Counted from the whole stretch's first letter, positions 47,201-63,691 are shown. The stretch is DNA of 63,722 nucleotides, filler included, from Hyphochytrium catenoides (GCA_900088475.1; 7 parts of 7 records of this genome joined end to end with filler, not necessarily neighbours in it); one strand, 5' to 3'. The notes: generated by a model not told the origin, from the letters alone. Numbers and translations: made by a program.

Positions 47201-48718
47201 CTCTAGATAGGATAGTCAAACAGATTGAAGTGCCATGGCTAGCCATGTGGACTTGAAAAGAACAAAGCTATATGGGGGAACGGCCAGTGGCCTCCCTTCA
47301 TGAACCACAAGCATATCTTAGACCAAGAATGACACAGGATGAGTGAGTGATTGGGTCCCCCAAGCGAAGAAAGATTAATGGGTCTCAAAGGCGCCCGTGT
47401 TGCTCTATGAGTATTACCTGGTATCCCTGTCAGAGTTCTAAGTGGACGAAGCACCCGAAAGACACGCAAGACTGATACGTTGGGTATGGAGGGAACGTAG
47501 CTCAGGGCGCTGGATGTAAGAGAGCAAGAGAGCAAAAAGCAAGCGATTTGTGAGAGCAGAACAACATGGTGCGTAAACGCGACAGAATGGCCCAGGACCT
47601 ATAGCGCGATTGGAGGAGCCAAAGTTTGAGAGTTAGACAGAAGTCAGTAGGACGAGACTTCGCCCGATGTGGCAATAATGTGGACGCTGCCCAGCGCAGA
47701 GTAGATAACCATTAATCAAAACGTAGACATGCTTCCGAGAATCGCGAGGGATAAGGAAGGGAACAAAAGAATTGGGCGGCGGGAAGCGCAACACCTATCG
47801 AAAAAGAGATCTCTGGGACGATTGTATTCTCGGGCAAGACAACTGCATGAACACATCTCTTTCCCTTCCTCACCTTGCCACAACCATTGTGAAGTCGAGC
47901 ACATTGAAGCCATCGCTAAGATAAGTGTTTTTGCCCTTATATAAGCCAAACGCTATGATCTTGATAATGCACTCCACAGTGAATATTCCCGTAGATACGG
48001 CGTTAGAGTAAGTGAGGAGGCGATTGCGGGCTGAGCCCTCCGTCTTAAGAGTTCCATTAGGGTGAACCTGCCACATTGATGACGGACAAGAAGATGGGGG
48101 ATGACAATCTGGAAGAATTTGCAATGACGGGAGAAGGAGAGCGAAAGCAGAATCGAGAGCCTAATGTATGTTGAAAAGAAGACCAAACAACACCTGTACG
48201 ACATACATACTAAAGGCTGTTCCGGTCAGGGCATGTTACCTTTGAATAGTCCGCCAGCCCAAGCGCTAACGAACTTAGAATGGTTATGATGGTGATGAAG
48301 AGCTCGAAGGTTCTCTTGGACACTATCCACAAGCAGAGTTTTCGGCATGGATTTGTCTTGCTGAAAAGTAACAGCGAGCGGTCTACATAGTTTGCCTGGT
48401 ACGAGGCGCAGGCGTAAGGAGAGGAGGGCGGTTATGAAGAGTGACCATAGAGAAATGGGTCCTTTGGTGGGAGGTAACTAACGATAGGTCTTGATCATTG
48501 AGTAGATAATAGAGGAAGACGACGTTTGAGATAACAGACACAGAAAGCTAGCCGGGGAATCAAAAGACTGTCGAAGATGCTCTACAATGTCCGCTGACCT
48601 GTGTTAAAAGCCAAGGATCTTTGAAGCCTTGCTCAGCCTTTGCTGCAGAGATTGCAGCTTGACGTTTATCCTCGTTAGGGCCCTCTCTGGACTCCCCCTG
48701 CTGGCCCGCTTGTTCCAT
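38227..48718 (-). CDS. Four-domain voltage-gated cation channel alpha subunit (Cav/Nav-like), many exons
   Basis: N-terminal SLLLFSKTNPCRKLC; S4 segments VLRVFRVLRPLR, VLRGLRLFRIFK, LRGFRGLRPLR; four pore loops FQCMTQAGW, FQIITGEKW, EMTTMAGW, RSATGDKW; S6 FVLNLFVGVVIDNF and INLFVAVVLEGF; EF-like and IQ-like C-terminal segments; start codon inferred. Confidence 0.93.
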
Positions 48719-49785
48719 GTCTAACCCTCCGACCAAGCCCTTCTGGGTTCAGATAGTTGCACAGTTAAGGCATCCTTCAGCCGAACAATGATCTTTCTTG
48801 CTCATGAGAGCGAGTTTGAACAGCAATGATGGCTAACATGTTGCTGGGGCAGTCGAAGTGAGGCTATTAGGCTTGAGGCTTCCACCAAAACATCTTCAAT
48901 TCAATAGGTAAGGACACGAGATGCCCTGCGAATGGTTTCTCCTGCCAGTTTTCGCCTTAGAACGGCCTTCCAGACGCCCGATCCTCTTCGTCCCTCACCT
49001 GCCCATGTGCCAGATAAAAAATCGTCCTTCCTTCTATGTTAGCCTCTATCCTGCCTTTGATATCTTAAGCAGCCACTCCCAACCTGTCTTCCTTTCGTCT
49101 GTCTCCACTTCCTATTCCTTTGATGCCAACCGCGCCTTGCTGTCCTCCCTTGTCCTCTTCCAGCCCGCTCCAAGGCACCAAGACAGTTACGCTTGACAGC
49201 GTCTTACAGCGGGCTCCAAAAGACTTTGGGAGTTGATGAGCTGCCTCTGTTCTCTGTTGCCAGTTATGCCCTTGCCCTCTGCTCATTGCTTGCGCTGCGC
49301 CCTCTGTCAACATCAGGTCATCCGCGCCTGTGTCGCTTGATGGAAGATGAGGGCGTTACAACGTCCATAATTGACATGGAAAAGACCCTTATTTGACATG
49401 AATAAGACCCATTTTTGTGGCAACTTTGGGTCTTGGAACTTTGTCAGTCGTCAAATATTTACGAGAAACCCATATTCGACATTTGACGATTCTTGACATG
49501 ACCCACAAAAGAAGGCAATACTCACTACTATGACACAGAGCCTGTCCCATTTAGACAGGTTTGTAGGCTGATTCCGTTTGAGCACTGATCTGCTTTTGGG
49601 TCCAAAGGACGGACTGGACCGCTCATTGTCATTGCGTCTCCAAGCTTCATCGGAATCTCCGTCTGGTCAATCAGGATCAAGATATCCATCCCTTCGGAAG
49701 ACTGGCCAACGAGGGATCGAAGACACAGTAAAAGGAACTTACGTGGGAAAGATATTGTCTATCTAGGCGAGACTTCCACGTTGCG

Positions 49786-51449
49786 ATGAAGCTGGCCCTC
49801 CAACTTGTAGGAGCCTTTCTGGCTGCCGCCATTTTCAAGGTATCGTGATCAAGAGTTCTGAGGCTGTTCCCTTTTTATGAGCTAAACGGCAACCTCCAGA
49901 CAACGGATGCCACCGTAGTCGAACTTAACGCTGAGAACTTTTACCCCAAGGTTACGCAAGGGACATGGTAAGTTGATTGCCAATTTTGATTCTGTCTTTG
50001 CCTTAGAGCTGTTATGCAGGATGGTCAAGTTCTACGCCCCTTGGTGTGGTAAGTTTCTAAGGTGGCGCTCCATGACAACCCCTTCCCAACAAGTCTAAAT
50101 CTACCATCTGCATAGGGCATTGCAAGGCTCTGGCTGGCCCTTATCATGACTTCTCGGAGATGGATCTTGATGTAAGATGACGTGGTCTTGGATTCTATGG
50201 TTTCCTAGCTTTTGACCAGGTGGCTTGATCTAGGGTGCAAAAGTAGGAAAGTTGGATTGCACTGTCTCGCGTGCGATCTGCAGCCGGCTAGGCATCAGAG
50301 GGTATCCGACGCTTAAGGTTATCTCTGACTCCCAGCAGTATGAGTACAGCGGCAGCCGCGATCCCAAGGCAATGGCTGCCTTTGTGACGGAAGGGTACAA
50401 GGTACGGAACGCAACTGCTTAAACGCTTTCAGCATAATATAGCAACTAAAATATATATAGGAAGCTCCATCAGTGCCGCTTCTGTCTGAGTCGGACCACG
50501 GTAAGCTACAACCTTTCTCATCGTACTTCTGCGTGGGTTCGTCTATTGCCATCGCTCATGTCACTGTGAATTTCCAGAGAAGAAAGAGCGGGACATGCAA
50601 GAGAAGCTACGGAAGCTGGAGGCGAGGAGTAAAGTTGTGACGCTTTCCAAGGACCAGTTTCTGAAGGATGTCATGAACAGCACGGACCCTTGGTTCGTCA
50701 AGTTTTACGCCCCCTGGTGCGGTCATTGCAAGCAATTGTCTCCCACTTGGACACAGCTTAGTATCGAGCTGGACGAGAGTGGAAGCAAGAGCAAGATTGG
50801 CAAGGTCCAGCTTGCTTACCTCACCGATAGTACCTTTTACCTCGTATTTACTGAATAACTATCTTACTCATGACTCATCAGGTGGATTGTACTGAGGAGA
50901 GATCCCTCTGCGGTCGTTTAGATGTGACGGGATACCCCACACTCTACCACTTCCAGGGTGGGCAGTATCGGAGGTTTAAGGGCAGTCGCACATTTGAAGC
51001 GTAAGAGGCAGGACCTTCCTCTTCTCGAATTGGCTGCATCTCATCATGTGGGCCTTTCTTAGGCTCAATAACTTCGTGCAGCATGGATGGGAAGAGGTAG
51101 AGGCAGAGCAAGTGCCAGTGGAAGATAAGCTATCTGACCGCCTGCAGGTAGACAGAGAGATATTTCGGTTTGGATCTTACGCGAAGGTTGCGATGCTCTT
51201 GTGCTAATATGTCATGTATAGGATTACTTTGCGGAAAACCCCCTTTACGCCGTGCTTCTGGGGATCTTCTTCGTCCTTTCCTTCTTTTTTGGCATCCTGA
51301 AGCTCCTGGATACGGTATTCCCAGACGAAGGGTTTATTCCTTGGGCTGCGCCAAAGGAATCGAGCACTCAGACTGTTGAAGGAGAAGAGAAAGATACTAC
51401 TTCTACACCTGCTCCTGAGAAGTCTGCGGAGGCTAAGAAGAATGAGTAA
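49786..51449 (+). CDS. Membrane-anchored PDI/thioredoxin-family protein with two WCGHC domains
   Basis: Signal peptide [17 protein letters not shown]; two [12 protein letters not shown] motifs (the first split by an intron); GYPTL twice; C-terminal TM helix and KKxx ER-retrieval end (AKKNE). Confidence 0.9.
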
Positions 51450-51533
51450 ACTATCTCAGACGGCGTCTGGTCTAGCTCAGAAATAAATATGAGAACGTCC
51501 TGGACGCAAAAGCGGACATCGCGTCGTCTATCC

Positions 51534-53118
51534 TCATTTACTACCAAAAAGGCTCGAGAAAGAGACCTTCGCTTTCTTCTTTGGTGCATCAGCTGACGCA
51601 GGAGCACTCCTAGGAGCATTAGGCGCCGAGAATGTGGCTGTGGCTGCGCCTCGAGCCTGATGTATGGGGTCAGAGAAGTTGCAAAACTCACTTGGAATGG
51701 ACGCCTTACCCTGACTACCTTTGAGCGTTTGCTTGAGACGGCCTCTTGCCGTAATTGCTTTCTAGTTTCAGCGGCACCCCGAAAGGTCCCAAGTGCGGCT
51801 TTCCGGCCTTTATATTCTCCACCGGTTAGTTGATCCACGGCCCCAAAGTCGTCAATAGCTGCAAGGGTCCCAACTCCGGTAGCTTCTCTCTCTCTGGATT
51901 AGCAAAGTGGCACAGGATTAGCTCGGGCCGTTAGCCATAAAACGCTTCTGTGCCTCTGAGCAAAACCGTACCGCATTCGCTTCTTGATCTTATCCTTCCG
52001 CGACACAACAGAACGTACAAAGCGCTCTTCTTCCCAGTTACTCCTCTCCTTGTCTTCACGCTGCATAAGCAACCTGGTCAAAGTGCTGGCTCACGACCAC
52101 TTACGAGAAGCTATAGTACCTCGATCTCCTTGTCAGCGTACTCTGCACCTATTGATCTCATCTCTGATGGACGCTCACTAATCTCATCATGCATCTCCTT
52201 GAGTAGGCCACTTTTTTCCAGTTTCTTTCTTCTCCTCTCATCCTTTTTCAGCTGCAGAACAGCGGGAGTCAGCGCTTATAACCTCAATTGGGGACATACA
52301 GCTTACGGGGTTACCTGTGCCTTTCCAGTACTGTCGTCAAGCTCATAGGGCATAGAAGTGAGACGAGGTGCCCGGTACACACCCGATTTCTTTTTGTCAT
52401 TGAACTTGGAAGTGTCAGTAGCCTGTTCGCCGGCTGAGCCCTCCTCTTCATGTTCATCTTCTTTGGCCACGAGGTTATCCACGTTGGGTTTAAAGGATAA
52501 AGCATTATTAGCTGCATCTTCAGCGTTTTCCCCTGCGATGGCTGTTTTGACGAGCTTGTCCACTTGATACTTCAACTTCGCGTCGATCGGTCTACGCAAC
52601 AAGCATTAGCGCTTGGTTATGGAGCGCCATAAGCTCAGGACCTACCTCAGCCTCTCCATAATCGTCCTACTTCTCACCAACTTATTGACGAGATCACTTT
52701 CTCCTATACTTCCACCTTTAAGCTGCACCAAGGTTCATGAGTGATCAAATAAAGTCAGACAGAACGGCTGAAGATCCTACCTTGATGTTCAAATAGTACG
52801 CCAAAAACCCCGAATAGGAGAGCATCAAATAATTCTTCACCTCTAGAAAAGAAACTCCGCTTTGCGTCTCTCGGTCACCAGCCTGACAGTGACATGAAAC
52901 TTAGCTCAGTCTAACTACGTGGAACAGGTATGTACACGTACCTTCAAGCCCCCTAATATGGACTTTATTCTTTCGCGGACACCTTCTGCGTCCTCATTGA
53001 ACGCATCCAGAAGGGCCCTCAGCTCTGATACATTACAAAGAAGGTTTTGAGTTTCACGTCCTTCAGTGGTGAAAGTGAAATAACACTTACCGGATAGCTT
53101 TGCTGCCTCAACACCCAT
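51534..53118 (-). CDS. NGDN: Neuroguidin / Lcp5 (Sas10-Utp3-C1D family) SSU processome factor
   Basis: SFLEVKNYLMLSY, RTIMERLRPIDAKLKYQVDKL, GVYRAPRL and WEEERFVR motifs across short GT-AG introns. Confidence 0.88.
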
Positions 53119-53546
53119 GGTGAGTATCCTCTTTTTTATTGATAACTTTAGTTCCCAAGTACGTCAATGATGAAGCTCTGATGCTCTGATGATGAGGCTC
53201 TAATTTAGAGACTGCTGAAAAGCTTCAAACCATCTCAGTTGAGTTTCCTGCATCACCAATCATCACCCTGGTTCGCAAAGATAGCCGTTAGCAGCCCCTA
53301 CTGGAGGCGTTACTGTGCTTGTTTGTACGAGCCAGTATTTTGGTTCTCATTTGCGAATTTGCTCACTAATTTGGGAAGGAAACTGGAAAGCTTCTTGACT
53401 TCAATCAATTCACTCTGTGAGTACGAGGAATGTTTTGCGGCCCGATGTGAAGAGTGTGTTGGCAACAGGCATTTTGCATTTAGCGGACCTCTAGTCACGC
53501 TGTTGAGACGCTCTAGTTTGCATGGTATAATAAGCATCTTAACACG

Positions 53547-54704
53547 ATGGAGTCTAGTGCCAATAAGCCTGTCTTTATCGTGAGCGAAGAGCTCTACAAG
53601 TCTTGCAGAGGTATATCAGGTGTTCTGCAGGTCGCGGCTTCATCTTCACTATCTCTATTTAACGGGATTATTGCTATCTCCTGCATCGTGCCTTAAGATA
53701 TACCGAGCCACCTAACTGAGTTTTATGGCATGCGAGAGCGACGTAAGCAAACAAAACCAAAGCCGTCATCGGAAGAAGTAGCCTGCTCTCTCTAACAATT
53801 GATCAACAGTCTCATCAAAAATCCACCCAGCGGGTACCAACCTCGTGAAGCTGTTTTATCGTCTAGTTTGATGTAACGTGCGTGCCATACCTTGACATAG
53901 ATATAATCATCCCCGGAAACGGCACAAATCTAGGGATTGCTTTCCTGGTGAGCCCACCCTGCTTCCAGTACAGCATCTGACCCTTCCTCAGCATTTGTTA
54001 CCTTAAAAGATCATCCTGAAGATTCAAGAGCGGCCTAACTTATTGCAAACGTAAGGGGGCAAGCTATCTATTATTGCTGCGATGTGTGATTGAACTCTTC
54101 TGCTCCCCATATCAAAGCCTACAGAAGCTTCACTGTACCCATAAAAGAGCATTTGTTCTTTTGCTGGACCTTCAAGGGTTGCCAGAGGTCCAGAAGCTTA
54201 TGCTACTGCACCTGCAGACAAGAAATTCTACCCCAGGAAAGCTCTCCCTGTACCCCGGTAAGCGACCTTGCTGACGCTAACCTGACCGACTAAATACACT
54301 CATTTAATGCAAAATTTGCCAGCAAAGTCTATACAAGAAGCCTGTCACTTCATTGTAGGTGACAGACAAAAACCAAGTAATTCATTTTGCTTTTAGTTCA
54401 GATACGCAGTAACGTCGTGCGGTAGACTAGGGCACACGAGGTATGCACAGTCAGGAAGCAACAAATGGCTCGCAACTACTTTGATGGCCTCAGGAATCAG
54501 CTAGCAAGCAGGCAAGTTGCCCTTGGTATGCTGCAGCATCTTGGGGCTATCTCAAGCGAAGAATGGGACCACCTTCTCGATGTCTTTCCATCCATTGCCG
54601 CAATTGCCAACGCCACTGTTGAGGATATCTTGCAACACAGCGTGCTCGACCCAGAAGCGGCAAAAAGAGTAGTAGCCGCTTTTGCGGTAGACTCCTTACC
54701 GTAG
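53547..54704 (+). CDS. PARTING DANCERS / SPO16 / SCRE-like ERCC1-family meiotic protein
   Basis: GIAFLII, LQKLHCTHKRAFVLL and LSLYP..SIQEA segments resemble SCRE/PTD; C-terminal HhH region FPSIAAIANATVEDILQHSVLDPEAAKRVVAAF resembles plant PTD; exon structure partly inferred. Confidence 0.65.
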
Positions 54705-54824
54705 GCAACACCAGACTAAGTTGTGGCAACACGAGTCTGTCGAGGAGCTGACATGCAAACAATAACCTAACCACTATTCTCAAATTTCTCTCGCTATTCA
54801 TTAAGAAACATCTAGAAGCGTTAT

Positions 54825-56973
54825 CTAGCGGAAAGGACTACGACTGCGGCCTCTGGGTCTCATCGGCGGCAAAGCACCGGGTGGGCCTTGTCTGGGTGGG
54901 GACCTATAATATATACAGTGAGTGTCTGCGCGGCTTAGACAACCATTAAGAACAACTGTACCTGCTGCGACTGCGCGCCCAACGACGTGGTGGAGATGCC
55001 CTCACTGGTACATCTCTTGGGGGCATAGCACCAGCATCCTGGCGATAGACGTCCCTTCTTGGCGGACTGCGGCGAGATGCTTCGGGGCGTCTATAATTAT
55101 CGTTACGGTAGGAGTCCCGAGTTGCGGGATAGTCTGGGTGAGCTCTGAGAGGCGGATCCCGCCTATCATCTTTCCAAGCTGCTCCTCGTGGTGCTTCTCC
55201 CCTCGCTGGCTCCGGATAGCTTGACCTTGATGGCCTATCATACTCTCGATATCGTCCGGCTGAGGGCGGTGGAGGATCATCGCGATAAGCAGGCCGTCTT
55301 GCGTCATCAGGATAATCACGACGGGAAGGTGGTGGATAGTCTCTGTCGTATGGCCGTCCAGGAGGATTGTCATAACCACGGTCGCCGTCCCTTCTATCAT
55401 AGTCCCTGGACCTTCCTCCGCCAGCTCGGTCCCTACTCCGGCTGCGACTACGGCCTCGACCAGCTTCCATACCGCGATCGTCATAACCTCGACGGTGATC
55501 ATCCTCCCTTCTTTCTGGGTAGTAGCCACCGCGAGTTGATGGAGGAGGTGGGCTGCGGAAGTCTCTATCACGACCATTGTATCTGTCATAATCCCGGGAA
55601 TCCGAAGGCGGACCCCGTTCGTACCCCCTTTCCCTACTTCTTCCAGCGCGGTCACGGGCTCCAAACCCAGCATCTTCTCGGGGCATATCGCGTCTGGATG
55701 CAGATTGGTGGGGTTGAGCACCTGACGCCCGTGGCCTTCACAGAGGTAGCGTTAACTCAGTAATCGATCTCAAAAGCCTACGAAACTGTGCGCCCGCGAA
55801 AGATAGTGTGGTGCGTAAAGTACCTTCCTTTAGGTTGATTGAAGTCCAGCCGGAGCACCGCACCTCCTTCTAACTCACGACCATTATAAAATGCGTCCTC
55901 TGCGCTCTTTAGGTCCCGAAAGTCAACAAAAGCAGACTTGTCACCACTCTTCTTTATCGGAAGCATTGTAACATTTTCCACTGTTGGTTACCATTGTGGG
56001 AAAGACCAATGTGCATCAGAAGGGCGATATCCAGGTTTAGGCCAGCTTTTTATGGGCGAAACGTAGAAAGACGGCATTACCTTCTCCAAAACGATCGAAA
56101 TGCCTTTTAAGTCCGTCCGCCTGCACTGTTGGAGGGATGCCAGCAACGTAGATATGACGAGTGGGCATTTTGGTGCTACCCGTGGAACCAGGCTTTCCTC
56201 CTGATGGCGGACCCGCAGCTGGAATTTTGTCTTGGCCATTCTCCTTAGAGTCCATCGAGTTGCGGCTGGCTGGTGGGACTGCTCCTGTAGCACGAAAACC
56301 ACATAAAAAAGGTGATTGTAGGTATAAGCCCTTTATCATATGCAGCGCTCGTGAAAGGCGGAGCTAAACCCAATACGAGCCCGCAACCATTGCGCTGGAG
56401 TCCACACCTCTGTCGCTTGTGGCCAGCTCCACTTTGATGGCCCTGCCGTCAATGTCTTGGTTGTTCATGTGTGCAATAGCGTCCTAAGGTAGGAGTAACA
56501 TAAATGAGCCCATAGTACCATCCTACCACCGAAATCTCCAGATAACCATTGCCAATACCAGCCAGCCCCAAAGGAAAGCCTAGAAAGGGCTTCGATGACA
56601 ACCAAGCTACTTTCGAGACACTGCGACTGGCCGCTAATCCTCGCGGAGAATGCCATAAATGAAGCTGGATGCCAGAAATCCACATTCAACTGCCGCCCCA
56701 ACCAAATCCCACCACGCAACCACTTTGGAGACAGTGTAAAGACACGAGAAGACCTACTTCTGCATCTCTTTGGTCTTCATATTCCACGAAAGCGAAACCT
56801 TTCCGCTCGGGCATATCAAAGCTCACAATCTTTCCCCACTGGTATCGAGAAACAAAAGAATGCTTAGCGGCGCTTCGATGGTCCTGAGGAAAATTACCTA
56901 CGTTCTCAAAGCTCTTGAGAAGGGACTCCTTAGAGGCATTGTACGAGATGTTCCCGACGTAAACCCTCGGCAT
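54825..56973 (-). CDS. SR-like RNA-binding protein with two RRMs and an RD/RS-rich tail
   Basis: RNP2 VYVGNI and RNP1 KGFAFVEY; second RRM IYVAGI / SAFVDF; long R/D/S/P/Y-rich exon ending GRSRSPFR. Confidence 0.88.
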
Positions 56974-57509
56974 CTTGTGCAACGTGAACCCTCGAACAGG
57001 TAAGTGCTGCTCTAGTAACTGGCGACAGAGAATCGCCCGTTTTGATGGGTTTGAGGGCCAGACGACTGCTGCAGCCTCTGCTGACCTACTCCTTCGGGAA
57101 AAACGCGAGGCTACTTTCAAGCTCTGTGAAGATCGTTGAGATCTTCAGGTGAAATATCTGGATCTGCTGTTATCCAACACAAACAGCTCTACGAGCAATG
57201 CCTGGAAGCAAACACACAGCGTGCGTCTATAATAAAGGAGGGCTTACAGATCTCCGTGCCTTGTGTGAGGAACTGTAGAAAGCTAGGCAACACTGGCTTA
57301 CCCACCTTTCCTTGTCTCCTGTCCTTCACCTCCTACAGCGGCTTAACCCTCCAAGGACGAAAGTTGCGAGGAGCGAAGGTTTGCACGCAATCTTGCGCGA
57401 ATGTTGATTNNNNNNNNNNNNNNNNNNNNNNNNNNNNNNNNNNNNNNNNNNNNTTAATTAATTAANNNNNNNNNNNNNNNNNNNNNNNNNNNNNNNNNNN
57501 NNNNNNNNN

Positions 57510-58054
57510 GTTGAAGAGGGGCATGGAGATCCTGATGGCATGACTATCGATAGCGACGGCATGCTCTGGGTTGCCATGTGGGGAGGCTGGCGCGTGAACA
57601 GGTAGCCATTTACTCTCTCCTCGTTCCTCTTCTTTCCTCGGTAACGCTGTTGTTCCCGTCTCTAAAATTGGAATGCCATAGATATAACCCCACGACCGGA
57701 GAGCTCCTGGACTTTGTCTCTGTTCCGGCGAGCCAGGTACGTGTCTCGCTCGCTGGCTTTGTCTTTCTTCATCACAACAGCCTATATCGAGGAAGGGTTG
57801 GTGACCTACTGTTGCCTTCTTTCACTCTCTCTCCCTCCTGCGGCTTGCGTCCTCCCTGTGTCTGCTGATTAAAGGTGTCATCCTGCGCTTTCGGCGGGTC
57901 CAACCTGGATCAGCTCTTCATCACAACTGCGAGGGAAGGCCTGTCAGCCGAGGAGCTTGCCTCTGAGCCTCTGGCGGGAGGACTCTTCCGGATCGATCTT
58001 AGTGAAAGAGGAATCAGAGGCGTTCCTGCCAACGCTATGAAGGTGTCACTGTAG
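57510..58054 (+). CDS. Regucalcin / SMP-30 / gluconolactonase family, 3' partial (3 exons)
   Basis: [45 protein letters not shown]; 5' end lost at the contig edge. Confidence 0.9.
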
Positions 58055-58128
58055 AGTGGCATGGTCATGTTGGAGATCTAGGAGAGAGAGGGAGGCCGTA
58101 GTACGGCCGCTCTCTTCCCGAATAGAGT

Positions 58129-61331
<3,203 letters not shown>

Positions 61332-61970
61332 NNNNNNNNNNNNNNNNNNNNNNNNNNNNNNNNNNNNNNNNNNNNTTAATTAATTAANNNNNNNNNNNNN
61401 NNNNNNNNNNNNNNNNNNNNNNNNNNNNNNNAGTTGGAGTGGATTTGGCTCCTCAGTATAGTATGGGGAATAGGGAAAAGCGGAACAACGACTACAGAGT
61501 ACAGCGCCGAAAAGAACTGAGAGTACAATTAGACTACTGTATACAGTACCGAAACCTGCCCCCTTTCGTGAAACATATACACCCTTTGGCTTGTTTTGGG
61601 AGTGAACTAATGAACCCAAAGGACGAACAATATACTTTCGATGAATTGATTATTTGGTGATTACAAAAACTGACCAATCACAGAATTAACGACATTTGCA
61701 TTTGTTTTCAAAGTCCTTTTGGCTTCTTTTCACCCCCCTTTCATGTTCCTATTAACGTAAGCACTAAGCACTTACAGTTATTCGAACCGAGAAAGCTTAT
61801 CTAAATGGTGATTGGAAACAAATCATGAATTAACGTCAACCTCAAATCTGTGCTGGTCCGGGGGTACGATTTACTACCTGTGAACAGACAGACAGACAGA
61901 CAGACAGACAGACGCGGACAAACAAATCGGAAAAAAATTCTGCACCGCCTGACGCAAAAAGCTAAACAAG

Positions 61971-62626
61971 TGTAAGGTCCTAGCAAGGTGAGAGGGGAGC
62001 TCGGGAAATGCCAGAATGATGATATTGATCTTTAGCGCGCCGCTCCAAGCCACTCGATGACCTCAGTCACTCCATGGCTCCAGGGGGAGGTCTAGGCTAC
62101 TCTACTGTACTTGTACAATCCCTTACATGCCCCTCCGCAGCTCGAAGGTGAATGTGGTGTTATGGAATGATCCTGAAGAGCGAAAGGTTGTGGGAATTGT
62201 CAATTGGCAGTGTAGAGAGTCGCTATTTTTGTAACGACCCGATCATGACCATGCGCTTTGTTTCTTTGTATTCAGAAGGAAAAACCTCCAGTTCTTGAGC
62301 TGGCAGGAAACAATCTGTGGTTTATAGCGTGATTGGAAAAACCTCCCTTCTTGTCTTTGCAAGGTGAAGGAAACAATCACTTGTTTGTTGTTCTATTGGG
62401 ATGGTGATGGTGGAGGACGACGGCTTTTTGCTCATCGCTTTCAGCGGTTGTATCGCCATCTGTGTCTTGTGCCGGTCGTATGTGTTTCCGATGCACAATC
62501 ACTGTCTTTTGGCGTGTTTTGCCGGTCTTAGTTGTTCTTTTGTACCCTAACTTGTTTGTAAGGCGTCAACTTTTTCGAGCACTTTGTACCCTTGTTCCCA
62601 ATATGTNNNNNNNNNNNNNNNNNNNN
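61971..62626 (-). mobile_element. Ty3/gypsy 3' end: integrase C-terminal fragment, PPT and 157-bp LTR (61971-62127)
   Basis: YWEQGYKVLEK...KLG...IVHRKHIRP (GPY/F-like, frameshifted); purine tract GGAGGGG next to an LTR with perfect TGTAAGG...CCTTACA ends. Confidence 0.72.
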
Positions 62627-62706
62627 NNNNNNNNNNNNNNNNNNNNNNNNTTAATTAATTAANNNNNNNNNNNNNNNNNNNNNNNNNNNNNNNNNNNNNN
62701 NNNNNN

Positions 62707-62743
<37 letters not shown>

Positions 62744-63691
62744 GATGTCTGCCTCTGCTCTCTCCTCTGCCTCTTTCCCTCTCTCTCTGTCTGTTCGTGA
62801 CCTGCTGATGGTCCCAGCAGCAGGACCAGAGTGCCTGCCACATGTACACATGTCCCAGATCTCTAAGAGAGAGAGGAAAAATGTCTCTTCCTCGGTCCGA
62901 AGAGACAGGAAGAGAGAGAGGGCGCTTGAGTGTGGAGCAGACGTTAGCAATATTAAAGGAGGAGATAGATAATGAGAAAGAGAGGAGGCGCGGGAGACAA
63001 GGAAAAAAGGAGAGGAAGAAACACGAGGCACAAGAGAGAGAGGGAGAGAGAGAGGGAGAGAGAGAGAGACAGAGAGAAATCGAGAGAAAGAGAGAAGGAG
63101 AAAGAGAAGCGTAGGAAGAGCGTATCAATAAGACAACGGCAGTTTACGCAAGACAAGACGAAGAGAGAAACAAAGGAGAGAGAGAGGCAGGGAGACAGAG
63201 CTTATCAGGGAGAAAATACTTCGCTGTCTAGGAGAAAAGATACACGAGGAAAGAGAGAGAAGGAGACAAGACAAGAATGAGAGGAAAAGACGCAGAGAGA
63301 GAGAGAGAGAGAGAGAACAAAGAGAGAGAGAGAGAGAGAGAAAGAGGGAGAGAAAAAGAAACAGAGAGAGAGAAAGAGGGAGAGAAAAGAAACAGAGAAA
63401 GAGAGTGGGAGAAGGACAATCTGAAACGATAAAGGTGGTAAGGCAAGACAAGACGGAGGGAAAGAAAGCAATCGGGGAAGAGAGACGAAGAAGACAGGGG
63501 GGGAAAAAGAGATAGAGAGAGGCAGAGAAGCAGGAACACTGAAGAGAGAAAGGAAGTAGTGGGAGAGAGAGAGACGTTCAGGAAAGGCAGGCATCGCAAA
63601 GGAAAGCAGAGTGAACCCCAGTAAGCATGGGAAGAAGGACGGAAGGTATTGAAGTGGAGAGAAAGCGCCAACAAGCGAGGGGACGGGGAAC

